Shown: positions 24,893 to 38,538, counted from the first letter of the stretch. The stretch is 64,000 nt of DNA from Balamuthia mandrillaris (GCA_031835245.2 JAVKOQ020000015.1:62001-126000); one strand, 5' to 3'. Notes: generated by a model from the sequence alone, not told the origin. Numbers and translations: made by a program.

Positions 24893-26996
24893 ATGAGTTC
24901 ATGGTTTTCATTTGGAGGAGGAGGAGGGGGTGGTGCTAGCGGTTCTGCAGCTGCTTCTTCTTCTTCATCAACCACAACAGCCACGGTGCCGACGGTTCCA
25001 TCAAGCTCTTCGCTCTTTAGCCGATGGAGATCGCTTTCGTGGAGGCCTACTTCCTCGGCACTGCTGGCACAGGCTGAGCAACGGATGCTTCGTGGTAAGC
25101 CTTCTTTCGTTGCTTTTTTTTTTCTTTATTACTTAAAAGAAAGTTTTGTTAAAAAGTGGTGACTACACAAATGGAACAAAGCCTTGTGCAGTTGAGCCGA
25201 ACCGGCCATCAGATCAACACCATTAAAATGGGACGAGGACCACCTTTGGTCTTGCTTCATGGCTTTGCTGCTGGCGTTGGCTTTTGGTGTTGGTTGGTCT
25301 TTCTTGTTCTTGTTCTTCTTGTTCTTGTTCTTCTTCTTTTTCTTCTTCTTCTTCTTTTTCTTCATATTCTTCGTCATTCTTCGTTCGTTGTTCTCTTTGC
25401 TCTCCTTCTTCTTTCTTTTCAGTTTCTTTTTCTCAATTGTTTTTGTGCTTTGCTTCTCTTCGGTTTGTATACAGCAATTTGGATGAACTGGCAAAGTATC
25501 ATACGGTATATGCTATAGACCTTCCTGGGTTTGGCCGAAGCTCTCGCTCCTCGTTTGTGCCTACTTCAGAGCAAGAGGCAGAGGACTATTTTCTTGACTC
25601 TTTTGAAGAATGGAGAGAACAAGTGCAACTTGATCGGTTCTGTCTATTAGGTGCGTTTCCTTCACTCTTCTCTTTCTTTTTTTCTCTTTCTTTGTACTTT
25701 TGTTGAAACTCTTTTCAAAATCAAACAATAGGACATTCATTTGGAGGTTATCTTTCAGCTTGTTACGCATTGAAACACCCGGACCAAGTTGAAAAGCTGA
25801 TCTTAGCGGATCCGTGGGGAATTCCCAAGAGGCCCACCACCGATTCGAATGATCGCCTCCCATGGAAGTGGCGCATGATTACTGGTGTGCTCTCGAGGTT
25901 TTCGCCATTGGCCTCTATTCGTGCTGCTGGACCTTACGGTATTTTTTCTTCTTCTTCCTAACTCAAGCTTGTTCTTTTCTTCAATCATCTATGTTTTCAT
26001 TTTCCATTTCTATTCTATGTGTTCTCTGTTTCTTGACGCTTCATCAATGGTAATTCTTCCATTATCGACAACAGGACCACAACTGATTGAACGTTTTCGA
26101 CCGGATCTAATCCGAAAGTTCATGCATTTGCACCACGACGGAGTAGAGTACGAAGCAGATCAAACAACAACCATCTCCCCTTCTCCTTCCGCTTCCAAAG
26201 AAAGGGAAAAAGAAGGAGAAGCTGCGGATGATGACAAAATGATGAAAGACGTAACCGCCGAAGAGATCCATACGGCGGCAGAAAGGCTTACAGCCTCGGA
26301 GCTAGTCGGTGCGGCTGCTTTAGCTTCTGACAATGAAGAAGAAGAAGAAGAAGAAAAAAACGCAGACGCACAACAGAAAGAAATAGAAAAAGCACAACTT
26401 CAACAAGTTTCAGGAGCAGAAAAAGTAGCATCAACAACACAGAAACATCAGCAACAAATGTCTGTTGTGGCTCAGTACATTTATCACTCGAATGCTCAAG
26501 TGCCAGCAACAGGAGAGATGGCCTTCCAAAAGCTGATGCAACCCATTGGATGGGCCGTTCGCCCGCTGTGGGACCGTTTGCCAGAACTTCGACCCGACAT
26601 TCCGGTCACCTTTCTTTATGGCGAGGTATTGCATACCTCTTCTTTTCATTTTTTGTGTTTGTTTTTTTCTCACTGCCGTGTTTAAAAAAGAATTCATGGA
26701 TGGATCCGAATGCGGGAGCCAAACTCATGTACAGAATGAAGCACAACCCCAGGAACAAACGTTTGTGGATATTGCCTGGCTGTGGCCATCACATCTACGT
26801 GGACAACTACAGAGCTTTCAACCGTTTGGTCGTGCATTCTACCCTTGGTCACTCGGTGGCTTCATCTTCTTCTTATTCGACCTCAACCAAAAGAACGAGC
26901 ATGGAGGTGGAGGACGAAGAAGAGGAAGAAGAAGATCCTTTGCGACAACCCTTTGAAGTGCGATGTTATTCACATGAAGACGAACCACAAGAGTAA
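24893..26996 (+). CDS. ABHD4/ABHD5 (Cld1/Ict1-like) alpha/beta hydrolase
   Basis: LVLLHGF, YAIDLPGFGRSSR, GHSFGGY, LILADPWG, GEMAF and GHHIYVDN. Confidence 0.9.
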
Positions 26997-27621
26997 AAAA
27001 GTGTACAAAAAAGTCTAATACTAGGTATGTGTGGGTCACAGTGTGAGTACAGAACTCGATGTGTGTGCAGTTGAAACCACAAAATAAAAAAAATATATCG
27101 TTTTGGCTCACTCCCAACCGATCGAAGCGGCGCCAAGCAGTAACGGTCAGTTTTCTTTTCAAATAGCATCTGTTTCACCAACCGCCATCCCGCCTGGACG
27201 CTTGATTGGTCCAAGCGCTTCAACTCCATTCTTCCTCATTCTTCATCCTTTTTTTTTATTTCCTCTTTATCCGCTCCTCGATATCTCCATCTTCGGACGG
27301 AGCATATCGCATTGGTGGGGAAATTCCAAGGGGGAGAAAAACCGGGGAATGAGAATGGAAAAAAGGTAAACTCTCTGATCCAATTGGTTGAAAAAAAGAA
27401 GAAAATTCACGTGAAATCGTTTAAAGAGATATGATTTTTTATTGGAGTAGAAAATTCTCGTACGGGAATCTCTCTGATTGTTCATTGGATAAGAACATGC
27501 ACGTGAAATCGAGTAAAGATCAAGTGCAGATCTGATTTTTATTTTCTCCAAGATTTCTTCACTTCTTTGCGAAGCCTTTTCAAAAAAAAAAAGAATGGGA
27601 GTGTTCAACATAACATATACG

Positions 27622-29137
27622 TTACTGTGGTTTTAAGGAAGCAAAGCAAGCAAAAAGGGGGTGAGCAATAATCATCCAACAGCTGGTAAGGAAGCCAGGC
27701 ACAAACCCTCTCATGCCACCAAACGTCCTCTCCCAAAACTTGGCCAAACCCAGGTTAAGCCACAACACCACGAACACGCCCAAGGTCACCGCCAATACCG
27801 ACGTTATAATTTGCCTCTTCTTCGTTCGTGGTTTGCTTGCTTCCTTCTCTTCGTTGTACTGTTGAGGATGTCGTTGCGGAGGGTGATGAAAGGAGGTAGG
27901 AAGAAGAAGACAAAAGAGGAAAGCAAGAATGGAACCAGGGACGTAGCTCAGAGCGGATTGTTGCAGAAGAACGGACGCGTCGAAAAGGAAGATGAAAAGG
28001 GTGGTGAGCAGGAAGAGTGATGAGAACAAAGTGAGAAGTGGTTGTTTGTGTTGTTCTTGTTCGGGACAAGAAGGAGATGGGCGGAGAATGGAATAGACTA
28101 AAAAGACGAGGTAACCAGTGATCTGTTACGCACGCAAGTGAATAAGTAGAAAGCAACGACAAGATGGAACGAAGGGAAGAGAGAAAGAGTGGAAGCGATA
28201 GAGTAGAAAAAAGAGAAAACATAACATAACGGTAAGACATACCCATCCAGCGATCACATCATGTGGAAAATGAACAGCAAAGTAGACGCGAGAGAACGAA
28301 GCTAACAGAACGGCAGCCGTGCCCACAACCGCGCTGCTCATCTTCAGCCGGTTAGCAAAGAAATGATGCAGGTGATGGTGTATGTATAGCCAAAAGAGCA
28401 CCACAACGGTGCTGTGCCCTGAAGGAAACGAATGTTCACTTGTTGGAAGCGTGATATGGTGAGAAGAGAAGGAGAAGAAGAGAAAAGAAGAAGAAGAAGA
28501 ACAAGAACAAGAAGAACAAGAAGAACAACAAGAACAAGAACAAGAACAAGAACAAGAACAAGAACAAGAAGAAAAGGAGGACTCATACCAACCCAATGGG
28601 TTCAGCGTCCAAGTCAGGGTTCATGGCAAACGGTCTGGACCGCAGGAACATGCTCTTGAGCAGAGAGTTTACGTACCAGCCACAAAGTATCAGCAGCCAC
28701 AACTCACAGCCAACAGACCCAAAAAGAAAGAGCCGAGAAGCAGAAGCAGGAGCAGCAGGAGAAGACGAAGGAGAAGAAGAAGAAATGGAGAGAAGCGATG
28801 GATCAGGTCTCAAGAAACAGAACAAGGGAACGAGCACGAGAACCGCCTCGAAGCCGAGGGTGGAGCAGAGGTAGACGCCGCGGTCGAGGAGAGGAGAGCG
28901 GAGGGACTGCAAAGAGAGCAGCAGAGGAAGGCCTCTCTCCTCCAGCCAAACCAAATTGTAGCTGATGGCGAGGAAGAGCCAGCCCAGGGAGAGAATGGCG
29001 AGGACGCTCAGCAGCGAGGATGAAAGCCGAGGAGGAGCACGAGGAGGAGGTGAGGTGGGGGTTGCTGAAGAAGGATGAGCTTCGAAAGGAGGTTCAGCAG
29101 CCTTATTCCCACGCCGTTTGGTGCTCGTGGCACTCAT
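27622..29137 (-). CDS. PAP2-family lipid phosphate phosphatase (SGPP-like)
   Basis: KSMFLRSRP, SFPSGH and SRVYFAVHFPHDV, with multiple transmembrane segments. Confidence 0.88.
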
Positions 29138-29384
29138 GGTTGCGCTCTTTCTTTTTGCCTCGCTATTGATCGGATCGGATTTTACCAATAGAAAATCAAA
29201 CGTTGTCAATTAACCAATCATAAATCAAAACAGTTGAATCAAACATCCTATTAAAAATCAAAACGGAGGTGTGGTGATTAGATCAAATAAGATCCGAATA
29301 ATTCAAGAAAAAGCATTTATTCATCACAATAATATAAAACACGGTTAAAAAGACCAGACGAGAGCCGTGCAGCCAAAAGGCGGA

Positions 29385-32300
29385 ATGGAGGAAGCTGGTC
29401 CATCGGCTCATCACAACAACAAGAGGCAAGCGGATGAGTTTTTGCAGTCTTTGTTCCATGGTGCAGTGGAACCACCACAAGGTCAGTTTTCATTACAGCT
29501 TTTTTTTATTATCTATATTGATGTTATGCTCATTTATAAGCTTCTTCTTCTTCTTGATATCTGGATAAACACAACGCAGCAAGGAGAAAGCAACAACAGC
29601 ATGTTGTTGTTCCTTCCCTCTTCTCCATGGCTGGTCGGGTGTTGAGCACATTCGCGCATCGTTGTCCCTCTCTTGTGGGGTTGCCACAGCCGTTGCAAAA
29701 CGAGCTTTGGGAGCAGGCCACCCGAAGAACGGTCGTCGATGAGCACCTCCTTCGCGCTTTGTTGTTGTTGAACGAAGAGCAAGAAGGAGCAGCAGAAGAG
29801 TGGAAGACAGAGGAACGGAAGCAAGACGAAGGAGGAGAAGTTGTGTATGACCCAGAAGAATTTGGACCGTTTCAGAGCATCACCACGAGAGCAGTTGGTT
29901 TGGCTCTCTCTGCGTTTCATCGACGTCATCTCATCCTTCAAAAGCAACAATCAAACGACCTTTTCGCTTCTTGGTCTTCTTCTTCTTCCTCTTCTTCCTC
30001 TTCCTCTTCCTCTTCTTCTTCCTCTTCTTCATCTACTTCTTCTTGGACATTTCCAAGAAAGGTTTGCCTCTCTCCGTATCCAAGGATGGACGATCCAATA
30101 TGCGGACACGTGCCGGGTGTTTACGATCCTGCGATTTGGAGACAAGCTTTTCGTGTCCGATATCAGCCCAGAAAGAAGCAAACAAGACAAAAAGATAACA
30201 ACGTGCTAAGGAGAAGGAGAGGAACAAGAAGAAGAGTCAGAACAGACTATTTCGTTCGACCAAAGAGTGGTTTAGAGTTAGAGCATCAACTGTTCGAGTT
30301 GGACCGAGCAGAAACAACAATCATCAACAAACGCAGAAGAGAACGCAGGAGCAGGAGACGAAGTGAAGGAGCCACGATTTCTTCTTTTCATGACATCCAA
30401 CTACAAAAGGAGAACGTTCGATGGTTGTTGAACCGCCAGATCAACCACGATTACCACATGCCTTTGTGGAATCCGCTCGGCGGCGTCATCAGAGGTGGCA
30501 CCACTCTCATTGACTTTGTGCATTTCGTTCGCATTGCTGACGGTTTGCAGGAGCTCGGTTCGTTCTTTATTTTGTTATCTCGTTCCTTTCTTTCTGTCTT
30601 TTTGTGTTCTTTCTTCACTCCGCTGCTTCAGTCGCTCCGTTTATGTATAGCCTTTCTTGTCGTTTCTTGCTTTCCGTATACTCTCGTTCTTCACTCTTCT
30701 TTATTTTTCTTTATGTTTCTCATATCTTTTTTTTTGTTACATATAAAGATCTGAGCAGCTGTCGAGTGAAAACAAAGGGTCTAAACTTACTTCGACGTAC
30801 GTACTGCTGTGCCCCCTTGCTTTCAGCATCATGCGTTTGGTTTATTGAGTTGCTTTATATTGTTTCTTCTCAAACACAGAATGTTCATCATTGCGATGCT
30901 TAAGGCTTTCTGGTACTTCTATAAACGATGACGGTTTTCATGCCATCACACGTAATACTTCTCTGCTTTGCTTGCTTTCTTTCAATTCGGTTCATTGACA
31001 GAACTCAAGAAAAGAACTAACTGGTTAACTCAAACGAAATAACAAACAGAAATACCAACGTTGGAAGAACTTGACCTTTCGCGGTGTTCATATCTTTCTT
31101 GTGAAGGATTGAACAAGCACACGCCTCTTGCTCTTTGGAGAGAAAAACTCAACAAGTTGAACTTATCCTACATTCATCTTAATAATTTGAAGTTTCTAAC
31201 AGGTAAGTGTTTCTCGTTCTCGTGCTTCTTATTCTTGTTCTCCTTCTATTTTTTTCCTTCTCTTCTTCTTCTTCTTCGTCTTATGCTTCTGTTTTTCTTC
31301 TTTTCCTTCTTTCTCTTCTCGTGCTTCTTTTTCTTCTTCTTCTTTTTGTTTTATACCCTTTTAAACTCTGTTTGTTTTTGCAACAAAAGGAATGAAGGCA
31401 TTGCAGTCGTTGGTGTTAGCCAATTGTTATATCTCTGCTGCTCCAACTCTCCATCCTTTATACAGTTTGTAGCTCTCTTCTTTTTTTTTCTTTTTGTTAT
31501 TCTATTTCCTTGTATTGTCCGCAAAACAGCTCACAACCGTTCATTGCTGCTCTCAAAAGATTGTGCTGAGTTAACAGAACTGAATCTACATCGAAACGGA
31601 CTTGTATATTTCGAGATAGGAGGTATGAATGTTGTTTTGTTTCCTCTATTTTTTGTTGTTGTTTGTTTACACAAACTGATCGTTATGCTAAAAATAGAGG
31701 AGTATTTACCCAAGTTAGTAAGGTTGAACCTTTCTCACAATCATATTTTATTGTCACACGGCTTAGTAGTCGCGCTGAGATGTACGTTTCTTGTTATCTT
31801 GCTCCGCTCTCTCTCTCTCTCTCTCTCTCTATTGCGTGTTCTCATTCTTCTTCTGGAAAACAAGCACTTCGACAGTTAAGAGCTTTGGACATTACAGGAA
31901 ATATTTTCACTCCTCGCAAAGGATTTCAGATTGTGTGTGATCTACTTGATGGTTGGTCTCTCTCTCTCTCTCTCTCTCTTGCATCTTCATACATTATACT
32001 AAAGCAAGTTATTTACAGCGCTGCCATGTCTAACATTATTGGTTTGCTACCAAAAAAAGAAGCCTTACTTTTTGTATAATGTAAGTGTTCTTCTTGTTCT
32101 TTTTCTTCTTCTCGTTTGCTTGCTTATACCTTGACATACAGGTAATGAGATGCTCCAATAGCAAAAAGAAAGCATTGGTGACAACAAACGTGCTCCCCGT
32201 TGAATATTATCTCCAAGCAATACGCGAGCACCCTGACGATGTCGCCATTCTCCACCACTCCCTCTTTTGTTTGCTCTCTTGCCTTAGACATGGTAACGCA

Positions 32301-33902
32301 ATTAATTCCTGTTCCAAGAAGTTTTCTTTTGACAAACTTTTATTATTTAACAACAACAGAACCCACACAACGTCGCGACAAACAACAACTCAAAACAACA
32401 CTCTTCTCCATTCTCAACAAATACCACAAAAGCAACCAACCGATCCTCGTCACTCTCATCCTCGCGGTAGTAACGCAATATGCGAACGCCATTCGGACCG
32501 TCAACAAACGCGAATCGTTTTCTCTCTCGGACGAAGAAGTTTGTCTGTTGATAGACGCTTTGAAGCATCACTTTCACTCGCGCCAGGTGTTAACCAGTTT
32601 CTTTCAGCTTTGGCAAAACACCAACAACAATTATAGTACGTTACGTCTTTGCCTTCTTCTCTCTTTTCTTTGCTCTGTTAACTTTGCTGTTGTTCAAAAA
32701 AAAAAAAAGAAACAATAAGAGAAGAAGAAGTATTATGCTTGAGTATACAAGCAACCCAAGCGTTTCCAAATGACATGCAACTATGTTGCGAAGCCATCGC
32801 CACTATTACTTTTATTCTTCAAAACGGTGGGTGTCCCTATCTTTAAGAAAGTTGCTATTGCATGTTTTAACTTTGAGGAAACTCAACAGGAAATGAGGAC
32901 ACGTTGGATAAGTTTGTCGATGAGTTCGTTGACCTTCTTTGCCGCTTGATAACGCGACTGTGCAACGTTTACTTGCCATCGAATGAAGAAACAAAAGAAG
33001 ACGAAAGTTCGACTTCGCGTGATATTTGGTGGAATCCTCACCATCGCACATCTTCCTTCCATATCCTTTACACGGCGTTGCAAGCACTGAAAACAGTATT
33101 ATGCTCCCGCTGTTCTTCTTCTTCCGCTGCACCTTCATCCACACAGCGAAGAAGCATAGAGTTGCTGTTGGCGCAATTTGCCTGTTTGAAGGCTGTTGCA
33201 TTGCTCTTTTCATCGAACCTAGTCAAAGGATTGCTTTGCAGTGACGCGGTTGCACCGTTTGTTGCTGTGATGGACTGTTTGTTACCACGAGCAAAGGAAC
33301 TGCGAAAACTAACGGCGGAGGATGAAGCACGCATCGAAGAGCTTCGCTGCAAGTATTTGTCTAAAGCAGAAGAAAAAGCAAGGGCAACGGCGAAAGATAA
33401 AGTTGAGAAGAAAAAAGGAACTCGGAAGGAACACACAGGACTTATCAACGACCTTTGTTGGGACGAAGCTTTTGCTGAAATGGTGGTGACGGTTTGGGAT
33501 GCTACCAACGCCATTTCTTGTTCTTCTTGTTCTTCTTCTTCTTCTTCTTCTTCTTCTTCTTCTTCTTCTTCTTCTTCTTCTTCTTCTTCTTCTTCTTCTT
33601 CTTCATCTGCTTCTTCTGCTGCGAAGAGAAGAACGAGGCCACGTCTTGAAGAACGTAAACGAATTCGAAACAAAAACGTCAGAAACGCTCGCAAACGCTT
33701 CCACCGAAGAAAACACCTGTTGCAAAGGAAACCGCTCTGCGATCGACCTGAACTGCATTCCTTCGCCACCGAATGCCTTCGTGCTCTCATTCGAGAAGAA
33801 GCGTGGACTGGTCAGCGATTGTCCCAAGCTCAAGTGCTTGCAACACTCGTCGAGATGGCCCATCAACAACAAAAGAAGGATAAAGAGAAGGAAGCAAAAT
33901 AA
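29385..33902 (+). CDS. BC-box plus LRR plus helical-repeat protein (ZYG11/ZER1-like architecture)
   Basis: VPSLFSMAGRVL...LPQPLQNEL after intron 29482-29579. LRRs LEELDLSRC, LNKLNLSY, LTELNLHRN, LVRLNLSHN and LRALDITGN. Confidence 0.6.
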
Positions 33903-34113
33903 AGTTCTGTGGCTAGAGGAAGGACACCCGTTTGGTATCGCCCATCCCCACACAAACTTGCAGCCGCCAACGACAGCTCGGGGCAAAGTGTACTCATCGC
34001 AAGGATGCGAGAAGCGCTCATCTGTGAACAGAGAAAGAACGCGTCGTTGCTGTACAGTACTTTATTGTTGTCTGTTATCAGGCTTTTGGACGCTTGCTTT
34101 CATGTTGGGGGTG

Positions 34114-35418
34114 TCAAGCAGAGGAAGAAGAGGAGGGCTGGGTGACCCCAAAGGTGAATGCAGCAACGCCCAGCAGAGCGCCACGGCCCAAAGCACCGAG
34201 CGACTGCTGAGCAAAAAGCACTCCAAAGTGGGAGTAGAGAATGTAGGCTCTCTTCAACGAGTAATACAAGGAAACGAGTCCACCGAATGCCTCTTCGCTG
34301 CAATGCAACAGGTCCATGCTCACCAGTCGCAACACGTCCTCTTCCATAGCGCTGATGTGGAGGTTTGTTCTTCGTCGATGTTGTTGTTGTTGTTGGTGAG
34401 AGTGCGGAGGAGAAGGAGGTCCCCAAAACATGAAAGAAGAAAGCAAGGTGTTGATATCTGCAAAAGGAGAAGAGGAAGCGGGAGAAGACGGAGGAGGAGT
34501 CAACTTTTGGAGACAACGATGAGCGGAGAGAGCGCCTTGTGCAGCACTGAAAGCGTTGGCCACGCTCAAGACTGATACCCACAAAGCGGAAAGCAACACG
34601 GCAGGGTCAAACGGGGGCAGGGTAACAAACGAAAGAGATAACGATAAAGATGATGATGAGGAAGAAGATGAAGAAGACGAAGAAGAAGGACGTAATAAAG
34701 GCTTTAGGCAGTGAGGAAGGACTTGCACGGGCATTACGATGAGGAGAAAACGGTTCACGGTGAAGAAAAACTTGTCTTTGAGAGACCAGTTCCGCCCGGC
34801 GTCCCACTGGGCGAAGCGCAGTGTCATGCGTTGCAGGGGAGATGGGAGAGCGGCGAACAGCCTGGTGAGGTTGAGTTTGTGAGTCCAGGAAAAAAAAAAC
34901 GAGAGATGACCGAAGAAGTGCACGGACGAACGAACGAACAAGAAAGTTGAGGCGGAAAGGGAAGGGTGCAAACACTGAAACCTGTTAAAAGGCGATGGGG
35001 TTTGAAAACGAAAGACAGAGGCAACAAAGCCAACGATAAAGGCGGAGGGACAGAAATGGATGGCCACGCCGTCCGTTTCTTGCTCCCTTCGTTCGCAAAG
35101 GTAGGCCCACTGCCACTCAACCAGCCACTCCAAGAAACCTTTTTGTTAAAAAGGCTTTGTTCGTGTACATCCTCAAACACAACAGCAAAGCCCATCAAAA
35201 AACAAAAGAGATCGGATGGAAAAACCTGTTTCAGCGCCAGAGGCACGGCCCAAGCGATGGACGTACTGGAAGAAAGTCAACGAGCCGCGGTTCCATTGGG
35301 CCGTGAGCTGTTCGGCGCGGCGAGCGAAAGCCTGGACCGGCAGGGGCACATGTTGCAGCAGCCGCCCCACGATATCGACCCCGAGGCCCTCCCCTGCTTC
35401 CTCGAAGGCCGCGTCCAT
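34114..35418 (-). CDS. Uncharacterised membrane protein (exon structure uncertain)
   Basis: Long open frame with hydrophobic segments, interrupted by CT-rich intron-like blocks. No family recognised. Confidence 0.35.
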
Positions 35419-35585
35419 ATGCTGATCTTTTTTACTTCTTTGCAAATTACAACAAAAAAATCAGACATATTTGACCCCTCTCCAAAGCGCTGCTCCGTTT
35501 CATTCTCTCGCTTGTTTTCGCTGCGACAGGCATCCCCAGAGGAGAAACGGAGAGGGAGGGGGTCACACCAGAAGCCGCCGAACAT

Positions 35586-36395
35586 TCAAAGCGCAGCCCA
35601 TCCCCCTTTGACGGTGATCCCTCCGTCCACGACCAGGTTGTGGCCGGTGAGCCACTTGGCGCCCTCTCCCACGGCCAGCCACAGGACCGCCCGCGCGATG
35701 TCCTCCGGCTCTCCCACCCGCCCCAGGGGGGTGTTGGCCTCCACGTAGCCGTTCTGGGCGGTGTTGGCGCGCATCAGCGGGGTGGCCACCGAGCCGGGGC
35801 TGATGGAGTTGACGCGCAGGCCCTGGGCGCCGTACTCGCAGGCCAGCTGGCGGGTCAGGCTGAGGAGCGCCCCTTTGGAGGCGGCGTAGGCGCCGCAGTG
35901 GCGTTGGCTCTGGATGCCCTGGATGCTGGCGTTGTTGATGATGGAGGCCTGGCGTGCCCTGGGATCGGAGGAGAGCAAGGAGGGCAAGAGGAGCTTGGAG
36001 AGGAGGAAGGCGGAGCGAAGGTTGGTGGAGAGGACATGGTCCCAGACGGCTTCCTCGAGGAGGTGAAGCGGCACGCGACTCTCCGGAGGTTGGATGCCGA
36101 CGTTGTTGAAGAGGAGGTCCAAAGGCTGGCGCTCGATGCGAGCGAGCACCTCCCTGGCGAAGCCTTTGCAGCCGTCCGCGGTGGAGAGGTCGCATTCGAT
36201 GCCTATGACCTGCCCGCCGCCTCCCTCCGTTTTGCTGTTCTTTTCAGCTGCCTCTTGGCTGAGCTCACGCAGCTGAGCCGCGCTGCGATCCCCCACGTAG
36301 ACGGTGGCCCCCTCGGCAGCGAGCAGGAGGGCGGTCGCACGGCCGATGCCCTGTGCCCCTCCGGTGACCACCGCTATCCTGCCACGCATCGCCAT
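35586..36395 (-). CDS. Short-chain dehydrogenase/reductase (classical SDR), intronless
   Basis: TGGAQGIG, NNVG, YAASK, RVNSISPG and LVVDGG. Confidence 0.93.
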   Translation of the reverse strand: MAMRGRIAVVTGGAQGIGRATALLLAAEGATVYVGDRSAAQLRELSQEAAEKNSKTEGGGGQVIGIECDLSTADGCKGFAREVLARIERQPLDLLFNNVGIQPPESRVPLHLLEEAVWDHVLSTNLRSAFLLSKLLLPSLLSSDPRARQASIINNASIQGIQSQRHCGAYAASKGALLSLTRQLACEYGAQGLRVNSISPGSVATPLMRANTAQNGYVEANTPLGRVGEPEDIARAVLWLAVGEGAKWLTGHNLVVDGGITVKGGWAAL

Positions 36396-36567
36396 TCCCT
36401 TCTCTCTCTCTTCGGTTTATGACGACAAGGGGCGTGTCGACAAATAAACCTTTTATGGTAAAAGATCTTTTGTTGTTCGATTTGCGATTGGCCCATCCAA
36501 CGATCGATCTTGTAACGCTGTTATTGAATGCAGGAACCGGCAAGAACTGGACAGCAAGAAGGAACGC

Positions 36568-38081
36568 ATGGACAACAGCAACAGCAAAGCCCAGACCCTA
36601 GCCATAACCCAACTGCCGCAGGAGATCCTTTTGGAGGTGTTCTCCTTCCTCAACGCAGCCGAGGACCTGTGCCGAGTCGCTCAGGCGTGCCGGCTGTTCG
36701 CGGCGCTCAGCCGAGAGGATTGCTTGTGGGAGCCCTTGGGTTGTCCTTCTTGGGAGCAACAGGACCCTTGTACCTCCGAACAACAACAACGACGACAGGG
36801 TAAGCGACCTGCTACAAACGTTGTTTGGAAGCAACGCTATATGGCGTGGATGAAACAAACGGTGGAGGAGTGGCATGCCCTGCGCCCAAGCTTTCCTGCA
36901 CCAACGCACAAACAAAGCACCCAACAAGCAGACGAGCCCTTGCGAGTCGCTCACTTTTGTCTTATAGGTGCGTTTCTTCTTGGGCAACAACAAACCAAAG
37001 AGAAAAACTGATAGCATACAAATCAAGGTCCAAGTTTCGCTGGAAAGACAACCTTCCTGCAGAGGTATGACAGGGACGTATGGCCGCCGGATGAGCATGC
37101 ACGATTGCCAGTTGAGTTTTCACGAAAGGACGTGCTAGTGAATAACCAAAAGCTAAAGGTTTGATGGTCGTTGTCTTTCTTTGCTTCTCGTGTTGTTCTT
37201 GTTCTTCTTCTTCCTTTTCTTCTTCTTCTTCTTCTTCTTCTTCTTCTTCTTCTTCTTCTTCTTCTGCTTTTCTTTTATCGCAGTAGTTTCTTCTCATTCC
37301 CTCTCCACCTTGTTTACCCGAATAACGCTTTCACGATAGTTATTTGTTTGGGAGCCGGCTGGTACTTCTGCTGTCTAGTGTTATTGTCTTTTGCATTCTC
37401 TGTTTTGTCTTCTATGATTTGTTCCTTAGTACTTCTCTTCTTCTCTTCGAACCACCTACCAAAGGCAACGAGCGCCTCCCGCGGTATACGCGACACTACA
37501 TCAGAAGGAAGCACGCTGTGGCCATTTGCTATGACAGCACCGACGCTCAATCCTTTCAGGCTCTCCATTCTTTACACTCTATTGTGGAGCAGCTGGCTGC
37601 AGAACACAAGGACTGCCGACAGGCAGCAAGGATATTGGTCGCCTGCAAGTGCGACATGAAGGACGAGTGCCAAGTCACGGAAGAAATGGCAGAAGTGATG
37701 GCTGCCAAATGGAATGCTTTTGCTTTCATTCGAACGAGGTTTCTTCTTCCTCCTATTCTTCTTGTTCTTCTTGTTCTTGTTCTTGTTCTTCTTCTTGTTC
37801 TTGTTCTTCTTCTTCTTCTTCTTCTTCTTCTTCTTCTTCTTCTGCTTCTTCTTAATGTCGCGTTCAGCTCAAAGACAGGAGAGAACGTGCCGGAAACCAT
37901 AGAATTATTAACTGCCGCAGTAATGGACCCGTTTCTTCGGCTGCCACCGCACAAACGTCCAAGATACGTGCCTCGTCTTGCCACCCTTCAAGCCAACGTT
38001 GGTTCATGGGACGTGCTCCGGCCACGGCTTTCTCCTTCCCCTTCCCAACAGGCAAGCCATAATAGATGTGTTGCCTCTTAG
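36568..38081 (+). CDS. F-box plus Rab-like (pseudo)GTPase fusion with CaaX-like end
   Basis: F-box LPQEILLEVFSFL...VAQACR. G1 GPSFAGKT, G3 WEPAGNE, G4 CKCD, G5 SSK, C-terminus CVAS. Exons 36568-36967, 37028-37158, 37340-37361, 37465-37738 and 37868-38081. Confidence 0.8.
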
Positions 38082-38247
38082 TAATGCCAAGCAAAAGAAA
38101 AAAGAAAAAAAAAACTAGAGAAGAATAGCTGCTCAAGTCCTGCAGATTTTGACAACCAATATGCTTGAAAATACTCCTCAAACGATGTCGACATTTTTCA
38201 TGTCGACGTGAGTATTTTGAGGCAAAACAAAAAAAAAGAAAGAAAGA

Positions 38248-38538
38248 ATGGAAACGAAAGCAACGCCGCCGTCGCAGCGAGGAGGAAGGCCACCCTCCGG
38301 GCCTCCAAACACAGCAAAGCGGGTAAGTGGGAGGCGCAACCTATGGTTCGCAGCGGGTCTTTTGCTCTTTGGCACATGCAGCTTCCTCTTCCCGTTCATG
38401 CTCAAGAAGAGAGGCGGCAACATCGACTATGAAAAGCCTTTGCCCGCTCAGCTCCACATCCGCGGCGCCTTCCTCAACTCTGGAAGTAAAGACGCTGGCC
38501 CTGATCCTGACGCTCGGCGCAACCAACAACAACCATAA
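38248..38538 (+). CDS. Small single-transmembrane protein with C-terminal RGAFLNSGSKDAGPD motif
   Basis: 96-aa ORF with one hydrophobic helix. The motif resembles a conserved uncharacterised eukaryotic small-protein family (from recollection, unverified). Confidence 0.65.
   Translation: METKATPPSQRGGRPPSGPPNTAKRVSGRRNLWFAAGLLLFGTCSFLFPFMLKKRGGNIDYEKPLPAQLHIRGAFLNSGSKDAGPDPDARRNQQQP

Noticed and set aside
27000..27600. Promoter-like motifs (CACGTG, CCAAT) and a short minus ORF between convergent genes
   Set aside because: No recognisable product or splice structure, so the support is insufficient.
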